From positions 279,744-343,743 of the forward strand of contig NW_002060974.1 in the NCBI RefSeq assembly GCF_000150275.1: a stretch of DNA of 64,000 nucleotides, in the 5' to 3' direction. The notes below the pieces were generated by a model. The model had not been told where the DNA came from. It ran no database searches and was given only the letters and a program-made list of their open reading frames with translations. Origin of the DNA: Trichoplax adhaerens (lineage: Eukaryota > Animalia > Placozoa). The position numbers and the translations under genes are program-made. Positions 27,001 through 39,116 of this stretch are shown in pieces (position 1 is the first letter of the stretch; each line of letters begins with the position of its first letter).

Positions 27001-29832
27001 ATTCTCCGATTATGCAGCGTAGAAGCAAAGGCGTTTAAGTTTTTATGAGTGGTCAAATGTTACTAAATCCTGGAGTCTTTCGAAATTTAGAGATTTGTTT
27101 TCACGTAAACCTTGTCACAAAGCTGCTTTATGACAAGTAGTAAAGAGTATTTAATGTAAGCAGATACTCTAGTTTTATAATGAATATTTACTAGTAAAAT
27201 GAATTAAGAATTAGTTAAGAGCATTTACTGCAACCCTATTAAAATTCAAAGAACATGAAAGATCATACTATAGATTTCTATTAGATGTTTAAATATATTA
27301 AGCTAATATTGAATGTATGGCGCATTGAAGCTAAGTTACAATATATTCGTTACACGAAAAAGGGATTTTAGATTGGATTTATGATTTTCGTGGAATCAGC
27401 AATCATGAGATTCGTCAAAATGAATTTAAAAATCAGTCTCAGCGAAAAAAAAAAATTTCAGGTCTTTTGGGTAAACGTAACTCTACTTTTAGAAAAGATA
27501 TTCAGGAACGAAATAAAGAAATGCTTAAAAAATTATTCAAAATTGAACTAAATAAATGCCTGTTAGGGCCATGGGATCTTTATCTACATGAGGTAAGTCT
27601 ATGCAAGGCAGAAAGATAATTTTGAGTAGAGAATAGATTTCTATGATTTTAAAATATAGCAGAAAATAAGAAGGACGTTCGATATGGTCTTAAAAATAAC
27701 ATGAAGCTCATATATCATTAAAAACATAGCATTAAACTTGTACATTACAAATTAAGCTAATTATGTGTTTCACTTCTACATCTTGGAATAAAGTATATGG
27801 TTTAAAATAGAAATTGATTTTAATATAACGGATTTGGGGTACTATTCTCCTCTATTAGTTCAGCCACTTATCTGTGAGGCATAACTAAATTCAGTAATGC
27901 TATATATTCTATTGTCAGATTATACTTTAGACAATATTGAAAATATCATATCAATTGTACTTATCATAGTATTGCTCAAATTAGTTTAAAAAAGAGCACT
28001 GACTATACCGTTAAAGGTTACTGTTATAAATAAAGTTGATGAATTGGATGATGAGGAAATAATTAAATTTTAAACAGGTCTTTATTCGATTGAAAAAACT
28101 GATAAAAGAATCTTTGTCAGCGAAAGAGAATCAGCGTATACTTGCTATCAATAGTACAACTACTGATATGAGTGCTAGAGTGAAGAAATTTGAGCCAGTG
28201 TTGGTAAAAATTATTTTTTCTGCATCATATGGATTTATTTACAAGTATCTGAAAAGTAAACATAAGGGGTAGGGATATTATTATCAAAATTAATCATAGA
28301 ACATCATGCTATTTAAATCAACTTTTAAATCAAATAAAATTAGAAAATAAACCTTGTTTTTGTAAAGCATGATGACTAGTGACTATTTCTCGCTATTTAA
28401 GTTTTGAAATATAGCATAATTATTGATAATTATCAATCTTCCAGTACCAGAGCAATCTAGCACCTTCGATGTGGCCAAAATAGGGCAAAATTTTGAGAGC
28501 ATGATCAAAGCAAGTGTGCCTAAAAAGAAACTAGAGTACGTTACTAAAACATTCGAAATGCTACCAGAATCGTACCAGGGTAAACATGATCAATTTTTCT
28601 TAATTTGCTCTTAACAGAAAAAGCAAATATCTAAACATTTCATTTTTCTGCAGATTTAAAGACCATGGCATACAGCATTAGTAAAACCTCCTTATCTAAG
28701 CTAGTTTACGAAGCCGATTATATTGAAAATTTAATCGACCATGAAATTTTAAATGAAGAATCTAACAAAAAGGCCTTCGTGACATTTAGAAATGCTTTAC
28801 TATTCTTACAAAAGCTAGATTTGTCAGGAAAGGAATACTTGTATAGAATAATTGAAAAAGATCAAGAAATTGTTAGAGTGATATTAATGCCAGATATATG
28901 TAATGTGAGTATAAGATATTTTGTGTTAGCTACAATCTACGGGCAGAAGCTATTTACGCTGTTATGCTAATTTTATTTCTATAACTTAAAGGGCTATCCA
29001 TTTAGTCAAGTTGTTGCTTTAGATCTTCAGGAAACCATTAGTGATTTATGTAAGCTATAAGTTAAAAGTACAATTAATGTTTTTTGAACGGTAAAAAATA
29101 TCCTATTAATTATTGTCACATTTATCACCAAAATTTCATCATCGACAGATAAAAAATGCAGATCATTTGCGACAAAATTATTAGGACCATCATTTAGTTG
29201 CAACTTCCACGTTTTGAGTTTGGTGGACGCTAATAATAAATGTATGTTGAAATTTAGTACGTACACGCGTACTTACTCATATCCTGATATTAACGGATTA
29301 GAAATAATTAACAAGATAGTATTAGTACAGTCATCGTTCATACTCTGTAATATTTAAAATTTAGTTTAAAGATGGCATTTTTAATCATAAATATATGTAT
29401 AATTATCAATATTAGTTATGCTAACAGTCTGAATAGATCCTGGTGTTTTGGAAATAGATAATTTTCTCCTACAGTAACTCTAAGTATAGTATAAGCTCTA
29501 ACTGCTTAAAAATGGATTCTAGATGTAGTGCATCCTATAATACAAGATACACTTGAATAAGTAATATTAATGTGATTTTCTTATGAGCTTCAGGATTATT
29601 GATATTACGCAAATACGTATGCTCTTTGATGGTGAAAAGAATTGAAATTGACAGAACTCTTTTTCCAATGATTATTTATTTTGTAGTGAAATTCATGAAA
29701 GAGGATGAAAGTAAAGTCCAGTTGGCTATATATGGGTTGAAACAAGACGATTACTATGAGGCAATACCATCCGAATTTACTACTTTCGTATTTCATCCGG
29801 ATAAGACTGCTGACAGTCATATTTATGAATAG
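11696..29832 (+). CDS. Gene B: multidomain RIN-like protein, CARD-like - ZU5/UPA-like - SH2 - SH2 - VPS9-like - RA-like
   Basis: Exons: 11696-12053, 13715-13747, 14187-14243, 15573-16559, 16777-~16855, (unresolved linker ~18205), 19444-19491, 19645-19676, 20147-20252, 21724-21894, 22674-22769, 22875-22964, 23173-23189, 24046-24112, 24305-24336, 24506-24614, 25601-25708, 25882-26070, 26162-26191, 27372-27592, 28078-28268, 28461-28579, 28654-28904, 28992-29049, 29149-29241, 29687-29832 (SHIYE*). The 19444-29832 part is well supported; continuity across 16.9-19.4 kb is inferred. Confidence 0.65.
15573..16559 (+). CDS. Gene B 987-nt exon: ZU5/UPA-like module (ankyrin/PIDD/UNC5 type)
   Basis: NWFWKIPQWLLDAARLGPKYYYDYFRYPVQYFV...LLASSGDETRLLSSGRLQINLAGDIKP...KGSVEF parallels ankyrin ZU5-UPA (RFWL...A..LY.E...PYMAKFVVF...[26 protein letters not shown]...GRLSF). 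Acceptor TTAACAG|, phase-1 ends. Confidence 0.65.
19444..21894 (+). CDS. Gene B SH2 domain 1 (canonical, 4 exons)
   Basis: Spliced translation HLWYQEDMTKVNAIVFLQDQPIGTFVVRKSTRHHCEAISVKV...GHFLF...RKFVSLEDLLTHY...LQVKLRFP contains the SH2 hallmarks WY, GTFVVR, F.SL..L..HY and L..P. Confidence 0.85.
20653..21241 (-). mobile_element. Solo-LTR-like insertion (589 bp) in gene B intron
   Basis: Perfect inverted termini TGTCAC...GTGACA; perfect TSD CTACT (20648-20652, 21242-21246); TATA-like TATTTAAG and AATAAA in order on the minus strand; hairpin TGTCACAA...TTGTGGCA at the left end. Confidence 0.75.
24046..25708 (+). CDS. Gene B SH2 domain 2 (RIN-type, degenerate FLVR motif)
   Basis: KSLWMKRNVDISTAEELLQQKAAG TFLVIATETS...FNTIDDLIGCY...LKLQLQV; same 32-nt second exon and intron phases as SH2-1 and the gene A SH2. 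Confidence 0.8.
25912..26080 (+). repeat. In-frame 87-bp (29-aa) tandem duplication inside a gene B exon
   Basis: ACATTGGCC.GACTGATAA.CTTCCCCAAC.GCTAC.TACAGAACCGGTAG.TCCAGATG.TCTCGATA.TGGTAG at 25912 and 25999. Confidence 0.9.
26636..27135 (+). mobile_element. Solo-LTR-like insertion (500 bp) in gene B intron
   Basis: Starts TGTCACGGTA (reverse complement of the TACCGTGACA end of 20653-21241); ends in hairpin TGTCACAAAGCTGCTTTATGACA; TSD GGTAG/AGTAG (4 of 5). Confidence 0.65.
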
Positions 29833-29877
29833 AAACCGGCGATGATATTGCAAATTCATGATTAGAAAATACACATG

Positions 29878-30057
29878 GTAAATATATGTCTTTCATTAAT
29901 TCATAAAATTAAATAGGTGAAAAGACATTGCCATTTTTAAATGATAGAAAATTGGGATAAAATAATAATCATCGTAAAAATATATCTTTCATTAATTCAT
30001 AAAATTAGATAGGTAAAAGGGTATTGCTATTTGTACGTGGTAGAAAATTGTGATAAA
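29878..30057 (+). repeat. Tandem duplication (~84 bp x2, period ~96) just 3' of gene B
   Basis: TCTTTCATTAATTCATAAAATTArATAGGT...TAGAAAATTGkGATAAA occurs twice. Confidence 0.85.
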
Positions 30058-32207
30058 ATTGATCGAAATTGCTAAACAAGCACGATGTACTATGATACGA
30101 ATGTAGCTGCTAGTCCATGTCATGACTTGATATACGAGCCAAATTTTGTACGATTTCTGCGTTTATGCTTCTATGAAATAGAATACAGATCAAGTATTTC
30201 TCCTTAAGGCACATGATTTTATCAAATGCTGCATAGCAAACTTCTAATATCATATTTTAGTTTCTCTTCAGAAATTCGTATTTTATTATCCTATTGTAGC
30301 GAAATGTACAATGAAACTAGCCTAATTACAGTATGTATTTCATAGATGTGATCCGAATAAATTAAGCCATATTATTTTCATGGAATTGATCGATTTAATT
30401 TGCATTGCGTCTATTAAAGCAGCCTTAAGGCGTAAATTATAATAGGGTACAAAATGATACATGATTAGATCTATATAAAAGGTATTGAAATTACTACTCA
30501 GATGTCAAGTTGTTTGCAAGTAGTATTTAACTACAGTACTGACATAAGACTGAACGTGTATCAAGTAGAGTTGCCAGTTTCTATGTTGCACTCGTTATAT
30601 AAGTTATTAAAAATCGTGATCAAATTATCTTATTAGCGATGTTATCTTATACTATCGACTATCAAGATTAGCAAATGATCGATTTGGTATTGATATTGTC
30701 GGAATTACTGAGGTGCCTTTAAGCAGATTGTTACGGCTAGGGAATATACGTATCGTCCTATTTAAATGTTAAGTTAACAAGTGTAAAGCTCATAGAATGG
30801 TGCAACAGCATTGCATCACTAACTCGTCAGTCTCGATTAGGAGTTTTACACTTGTTAACTTAACATTATAGCGACGAAAACTTTTTTAAAGTGTCCTAGC
30901 GCTGCGAACATACAGTACTCTTACTACTTTATTATTTTCAAAGCAATCACGACTTGTACTATATATTATGCAGTGGGCTGGCATATGGTCTAAATCAGGG
31001 GTCGGCCATGGATGAGTTTTTTTTTGGCGATCCGATATGCCTATCGTGATAAGATTGGCCAAACTATCATATTTATTACAAGCTTTCTGAAATTGAATCA
31101 TTTCTACAGTTAATAAGTTCGTAATCGATATGCTCATCCGACTCTTATGTCAACGAAAATCGATTCATGGAATGTTCTCATAGAATATAAAATGTCCCCT
31201 AACCGACACCCACAAAACAAGCTTACAATCTGCTTGAAAATATTCATTAATGTTACGTGGAAAAAGTAAACTAAAACAAAATAGAAAAACTTCTATTATT
31301 ATTATTTACTGCTATACTATTTCATTACAGAGTTAGGCTTGTATCGTGAAGTGCTGCATCCAGAAAATGGTAACGCCCCATAGAGATCAATAATTTTTTT
31401 CTTTCTGGGTAACGCCTCGTTTTAAAATCATAACTCGGCTGAGATTCTGCGTATCGTTTTCTTAATTGTCTATGAAGTTATTTGAACGCTTTATTTTGCT
31501 ACACCTAATTAATTGCAAGGTAATAACGAAGTCATGATAAGTAATATAACCCATCATTGCCTTTGAAATTAGATCAATGTATAATTATTATAATAGTGGT
31601 AAGCAAAACGGTCTTTTGACAGCATTTAATTGATTTTACTCGCAACATAAAAAAATAGGTTTCAACATTTTTTTCTCTTCCATTTCAGAGATGCAGTATT
31701 ATTCTCGTAATATTATTTCTCTTGTAAGAGTTTTAGAATACTTAAAACCATTTTTTTGCTATGGTTCATACAATCAATTGACTAGAGTACATAAAATTTT
31801 TCCTATTATTATTATTTATGATTTGTTCACTTTCTTCTGGTTCACGTTTGCTATGATAAACTCCAATTGGAGTGTTAACTTGAATTTTAAAGAAGTACAA
31901 GGAAATTAAGTTGACATAATAAGAAGATAAAGAAAAGGCAAACATTTTAGCACAGCAATAAGATAAAATTTACTAACTAGTATTGATTATTAATCAGAAT
32001 GATAAGGCAAGATTATGCACGCATTAATTTGGTAAACTTGAGCAAGTTTCGCCTATCTTTAATCTCGATTGTAACTGATTATGGCTGCCTTTGATATTTT
32101 ATGAAGACAACATATAAAACCATTGCTAATTAACCCTTGAAATTATTCATTTTTTTAACCATTCTATGTAATGTATATATACACAATCTACATACATATC
32201 ATTATAT

Positions 32208-32382
32208 ACTAGGGTTCGGTAATTTTGTATTTTCGTTGCAAAAAAATCTCAGTCTGCCTACCCGTACGTGAATGACTGTACACTAAGGTCCAGTAGTTTT
32301 GTAATTTGTTGCTAAGAAATCGCTATCTGCATACATATGAGTGGACACTAGGGTTCAGTAATTTAGTATTTAAGTTGCAAGA
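32208..32382 (+). repeat. Three diverged ~35-bp units spaced ~70 bp
   Basis: ACTAGGGTTCGGTAATTTTGTATTTTCGTTGCAA (32208), ACTAAGGTCCAGTAGTTTTGTAATTTGTTGCTAA (32282), ACTAGGGTTCAGTAATTTAGTATTTAAGTTGCAA (~32347). Confidence 0.65.
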
Positions 32383-33057
32383 GAAATCACTGAAACGTTT
32401 AATTTGGATATTTATCTTTATCCACCCTTTAATTCAAAAGATGAAGGCAATAAAATGATTTTCACTGGTGTACCAATAGGATTTATTTTGCTATAGCAAT
32501 GCCTGTTTATAATATGGTTTACGCTTGTTGCTATACTAGTGGTACTGTAATGTTAAATAGAAATTCTGTAGCTTCACAGTAGTCTTTAGTCAGCCTAGTG
32601 CAAGGCTTTTAAGTTTACATTTATTTGATTTGATTGTAGACGAATCTATTAGTAATTAAATGAACTGTTTTAGCGACAATTGTGTAATAAGTGTTCACAT
32701 TTGATGGACCCTAAACTACACCGTGTACACGCACGCATAAACCTGAATTCTTCAGTTTAATTTTTTAAAAGATTACTGACTACTTAAACTGTTCCATTAA
32801 ATGTTGTATGATTTTTAAATTAAAAGTCCTTTCCTCACTGATATCACTGTATACGAACGTCTTCATAGTCGTAATTTTTAGATCATTTCCATTTTGGCTG
32901 CTAATTGATTTCCTACGTCTTCTATAACTAACGCGTATCATCAGAATTTCTAATTGCGATCAACGACTAGCTTATTAATCAGAACCTACTATCATCCTCG
33001 TTCTTGCTATTTAGTGAAAAAAGAAAAGTTTCGATTCAAGGTTTGAATTAAAACATC

Positions 33058-36000
33058 ATGTCGAACAATTGTGCGGTCTGTACCTCATCAACTAACAACC
33101 ATTCCGGGACACGCCTAGGCAAGCCCAAAAGGATTCACGAGATATCTGGCCATCAATTTGTGGCGACCTTTTTTCGTCAGCCTACCTTCTGCGCTCATTG
33201 TGATGGATTTATCTGGTTAGTGAATTCTCCCATTAAGTCGTTAAAGTAGTCTTATAGCTGTAGTATAGAAAAGTAAGTGATGTCGAGAGCAGTTCATTTA
33301 GTAAATTGATAGTCTTTTAATTTCAACGTTCATCATCTTTATTTATAGAGTTAGCCGTCAATTAAACCATTTATTTGTCGTCTCAGTTTCCCATACTAGT
33401 AACTTACTATTTGCCAATCTTTATTTTGGAGAGTTTGGTTAATAACTTTAGCTCCATACTTTAGTCCTTGCAATATTATCTGTGACAAATAATTTGAATG
33501 AATATCCTAAGACTATCGTTAGCCAAATCAGAACTGAAGGCACCATCAAGGCTGAATGTTTGCCTATTTCATTGGCATCTTTACTGATTACTTAATTCGT
33601 TTGGCAAGAAATTTTATCATTTGGAGAGATAGAATATGCACGTCAAACATTATTACTGAGTAAATTATTCATTCTAGGGCATAATACCCGCACTCTTGAA
33701 GCCAATACTTGAAAAGTAGTATAATAATATCGATTAGTATAATCATTTCGATAATTTCGTCCCTACCTGTTGACATGCTGTGCACAGAAAAATCGAATCA
33801 GGTTATTCGATTCAAATGATAGGAAATTTACATAATAAGAGAAGAAAATAACCTATAACTAAATAAATAGGGTATAATTTGAAACTCAAACTAAATATAA
33901 TAATTACAAATATTTCAAAGCAGTGCAGAAAATGTACCGTATCTTGACATTTTAAAAACAAGCAGTAATCTTGGCATAGGCAATCATGTGAATTATTCCG
34001 ACTGTTAGTTATATAGTCATCACCATAATGAAAGACTAAATAATACATTAATTTCAATCGTAAATAGAATTCCGTTTGGGCAAAAATCAATTATTGACAC
34101 TACGAGCTACAGTACTGTACTATTTTCACTCGCCTAGATATAACTAAAATTTTTATGAAAAATAATGAACAGCACGAAAGATACAGTTATTTGATCAAGT
34201 ATGATTAATAAAAAAATATACAGGCCCCTAGATGCTTATTTTAAACTATAGTGATGTTTTCTTAAAGTCAAGTTATTATTTTGTAGAAATTAATACGTCA
34301 AGGCTAGTGGTATTAAATGAAATCATCTTCACATTGCGAGATGATATTTAAATACTTAGTGATCATATCTAGTGGTCACAATAACAGTCTCTATCCTATA
34401 TCGTTTACAGTAATTTCTTTTAGCTTTAACGCAACATCTATTAAAGTGAGGAAATAGTTATTCATTTTTCATGACAGATAGGGAAGGAATGATTAAGGAA
34501 TATTTATAAGTGCTTTTCATGTTAAATGGCATCTTGCTAATTATTTCAAAAATTGACTATTAGCGTTTTATAATTTTTACATAATATTTCTACAATATCA
34601 TAGGGGAGCCATAAAAAGACAAGGATACCAATGTCAATGTAAGGCAAAATTTTCGAAATAGATACCGTATGATGAGGTGTGCTTTAGATAGGCAAAGAGC
34701 TTTGATAAATTTGAAATACGATGGTTGATTTGATAGTATAGAACTTCACGCGTAGGAGTTTAGTTTAAGTATGTATATAATCTATAAATGCTTTTTCTAT
34801 CTTCTTGTAGCTTGTCGGATTGTCGTCCATAAACGATGTCATCAGCAAACAGTTACCAAGTGCGCTTCGAATTCGGCTGAAGTAAATACTACCATAAAAA
34901 CATAGGTTTACAACAAGTATAGCACAGCAAGCATGTAGTAGCGGAATTTTAAGGAATGCCAATGCGTTATGACATAATTTTAGTCGTTAGAGTCATTTTT
35001 GATTAAAAACTATCTCATTATAATCTCAAAAATTGTCATATTGAACTAGATCGAGTATTACTTAAATATTAACTTTACTTGTAATAAATAAATATAGCCT
35101 AGGTATCATCTAAGATATCCGTATAGAATCAAATTTTCCTTTTAAACTATATTTTTTATTATCGCTTCTTACTTCCTAAATAGGCTGAAGATTCTACAGC
35201 AGTTGTTGATATCGACATCTCGCACAACTTTACAACGCATAATTATAAGTCACCGGCATTTTGTACACATTGTGGCTCATTACTGTACGGATTGTATCAT
35301 CAAGGAAAGAAATGCAAAGGTAAATGATTTCATGTTTGACGAATAGTATTTTGATACTGAGTGGAAGCTTTTCTAGATTCTAGTCTGATAGTAATGATCT
35401 GTATGTCCTATAGGATGAAAGCAGTATACAGTACGTAATATATTCTTGAGATGGTTACCGCAGAACCCTAATATTATGTACTTCTCACTTAATAGTATTT
35501 AAACTGATATCCAACACTATCTGACCAAATTAAAGAAATATTATACCTTGTAGTCAACTTGATTCGATAGAAGCTGATATCAAAAGCTTTGTGCTAACAT
35601 TATCTTTCCATTAAGCTAAGGTTAAATAAATATGCATGATTCATATTTTCTACGAATTGTAAGTTTATACCAACCAAAAGCTGTTAGCGTTATATTTCCA
35701 ATCATATTGAATACATAACGGCACTCTATAATATCAAAAATCGGTTTTCTGGGTTTTAACTTATTCAACTAGTCATGCAGTAAATATCCGCATGATTTTA
35801 ATAATTGTATCATGCTTCTAAAATATCTCAATCAACTTTCATCAGAAGCTTTTATACAACTATTGTGAATACTTCTGTTAAGGCAGCAATTTATGTTCCA
35901 AAGATTCGATATTGAATTAATCTATACTTTTAAAAGCATCGTACTATCGATCTACAGTGCGTATTAATTTTCATATAATAAGCTCTAAAACTAAACTTAT

Positions 36001-36635
36001 ACTACCTGCGTTTAAAGGTGAGTTAGTAAAATTACAACTATTTATTATAAAATCGATTTTTGGACCGATGAAAAAAATTAAAATTGCTCTCAGAAAATTA
36101 ATATTATTATTGGCCTATTGGCAAGTTTGTCTGTCCTCCCCGACATCTACCTTCAGCACGATTCTAAATATGGATGATCTCCTTATCGTTAGGAGATTAC
36201 AGTTAATCACTAGTCTCTCTTAGACAAAAACTAAATCCAAACTTTATTAGGCAACTAGTCATTATCAAAAAATGCTAGAATATCTTGTTTATGGAAAATA
36301 AGAGAAGTATTTATTCACAAAAGTTATTTTGTGACACTATATCATAATGGTCTATGATTATATTTTTATTCCTAACCATAAACTCTATACACCTATAACA
36401 TAAAACGAATTTTCTAGCCTCGCATCAGATTTTTTACTGTCCTATATTTAATAATGAAGATGTGATAGTAGTACAGATAATTCGCAATCCACTATTACTG
36501 AACGTCGAAAGTATTATTGATAATTTTATAGAATGCAAAAGAAATGTTCACACTCGTTGTGCCCGATATGCTCCAAAGGACTGTGGCATTAACAAAGCAC
36601 AAGTGACCGGCAGTGGCCGTTCTAGAGATGCTTAA
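33058..36635 (+). CDS. Stand-alone tandem C1 (DAG/phorbol-binding zinc finger) protein, novel PKC epsilon/eta-like C1A-C1B without C2 or kinase; 167 aa
   Basis: Exons 33058-33215, 34604-34638, 34811-34881, 35184-35319, 36532-36635 (504 nt). C1A: [52 protein letters not shown]1B: [50 protein letters not shown]. All His/Cys ligands intact; TAA 15 residues after C1B. Confidence 0.85.
36128..36345 (+). repeat. Dispersed repeat, copy 2 (intron 4 of the C1 gene)
   Basis: Same TCTGTCCTCCCCGACATCTAC core and downstream similarity as ~8396. Confidence 0.65.
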
Positions 36636-39116
36636 CGCAAACATTCACTGTCCTCAGGTGATGAAAAATAGGTATAATCAATATACGATTTAATTATACT
36701 GTAGTTCCATTAAATTTGGAAAACTACATCAAGATTGACACTTTAATTACTTTATTAATCAAAATTGAAATAGGATTTGACCTGTCAAAAAGAAAAGTTC
36801 AAGTGAAGTTGACATGGTATTGCTTCTATAAAGGAAGATTGGGCAGCACGTTATATAACCTAAAAACCATTAAAAATGTTTTTCAGCCTGAATTTTAATG
36901 CATTACTTCAAGAATTTTGCTTTCAAATATTTTACTGCACTGTAGGCGATAATGTGCTTTTTGGTATGCTGTTATAGGGCTAAGATATTGCTCACTATGG
37001 CTGTGATATACTGTTAAATTACAGGATATTACTGTAATAGTATTTGCTAAATTACCAATTACTATAATGGTAGTATTTTACAATGCATGCATAATATTAT
37101 AATATAAAACTGGTGATATTTTTTGCTTATTTTGGCTTTATACGTAGATGATCTATTTAAGTCATGCTGCTCAATGATAATTTTGCCTTTTTCTTTTAGT
37201 TGTGCAACGTAATACAAAAATAAACTGCTTAATTTTTGCTTGACCCTGTTGCTTTATTTTCTACATAAATTGCACTAAACAAATGAAATGGAATAAACTG
37301 TCGAAATGATATACAAATATAAATGCTACATCTTTGATGTGGATACTAAAGATTAATTGACTAGCTTCTAACTCCAGTTGGAAATTCGAACAGAGTCTAC
37401 TTCGCGATAGTCACTACTTCACTTATAAATATTGTAACATACTTTATGTAGATAAAACTGTTAAACTCGTTCTCCAATGTACGAACATAGGATCATAGTA
37501 ACTACTTTTAATTATATTTACAGTTTACAGCTTCAAATTATTCGTTTTATTCTCTAAAAGTCCACAAAATAGTAACAACTTAGTCGCAAGGGTAAAATGC
37601 AAATTTAAATTATTATTAATTGTGGGTGTAGCTAGAATTAAATGTAATCAACTTGTTTTGTAACTGTGAATAATTTCGGTTAAAATTAGCGATGTTGATA
37701 ATTTTAATACTACACGAATTGTATAGCCTCACATTTGATTACCTAGCGTTGATGATAATTTTGATTTAGGCATCCGAATACCCGTATCATAGGTAAAATT
37801 CTTTAATTTATATTTTCATCTTCGCAATTCTATATCTTTTATAGTTAATATCAATACTTTTAGCAGACGGTAGTAACGGTTTCAATTTGATCACCCGTTG
37901 GCATCTGGATCGCTGTTGGATCATCAAATTGAATTTGCAATTAACTATATAGCATCAAATGATATACTAACATTTTTATAAAGTAACATGACTTTTATCC
38001 CCAAAGGATAAAAGATTTGGCATTAGAATAGTTTAAGTCAGAGCTTATGGGAAAGGTTACGGAGCGAAATAGCGCTGTCGCGAGATTGCAACATTTCCAT
38101 TTATTTTTTAAATTTTTTATTAATGAATTCTCATCTATGCAGTCAATCAGTTTATTAAATATTTTATATGATGTTGTTATCTTGCTAAAAGTTATCAATA
38201 TATTCCTATATTAAAGTATACAACACTTCAGTAACGTCCAAAATGCATTTCATACGTTAACAATTATCAAAATCTCGTTCGCAAAATCTTATAAAACGCA
38301 TTTAAATCCCATTTTTTTAAATACTCCTGCATCCAATGTCATCGAAGTACGCTACGAAACTACGCTAACTTCCTGTAGGTATCTCATACTAGTTCATAAC
38401 ATAGTTGTTTCAGTACGACGTATTCGTTATCCGTAAGTCAAACTACTGTCGTCATGGGAATACAGAGAAATTACATCAATAGGTATTACAGAGTCAATCC
38501 AACGATAGTTTAGCGCTTAAATGGATATCTTATCATCATAGTTACACAAACAGTAACGGTTACATTATTGCTGCTCATAAATGGTTAGAACAGAGAGCAT
38601 AAACTTTCCAAGTAAGATTAATAACTTAATCATTAAGACATAATCGATCAATTCGAAAATATCTTTTTGAAAGAAAAAAGCACATTCCTAGATCAGATCT
38701 ATGGATTTCATTCCGCTTTATCATGCAAAACCACACAGCTTTTATCATACGCGTACAAATTATCAATACAGAAATTACTTTGAACAAAGTGTTGAAGAAG
38801 AATACTTTAAATGTAAGTAATATCGCAGCGTACATTGGTGAGAAGGTTATAGTCAAATTGACAAGTAGTTTAAATAGTAACGATTATGATACGCTTAGTA
38901 ATATACTTGATCTGCCAACATCGAACATCGAATAATTTTACTGTCATAATCCTGCAACCTTTATAAATTAAGCGATACTGAAATAGTATTTTCACAATTT
39001 CAAATATTAAACAAAAAACGATAATTCTACTTCGAATACAGCTATTCTTATTTTATGAAGGTGTTGTTCGTGCAGGTATTTTGGCCTTAAACACTGTAAA
39101 TAACAACTACTGATAA

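Noticed and set aside
30996-31215. CAGGGGTCGGCCA, a hAT-like terminal repeat
   Set aside because: No convincing matching inverted end or 8-bp TSD.
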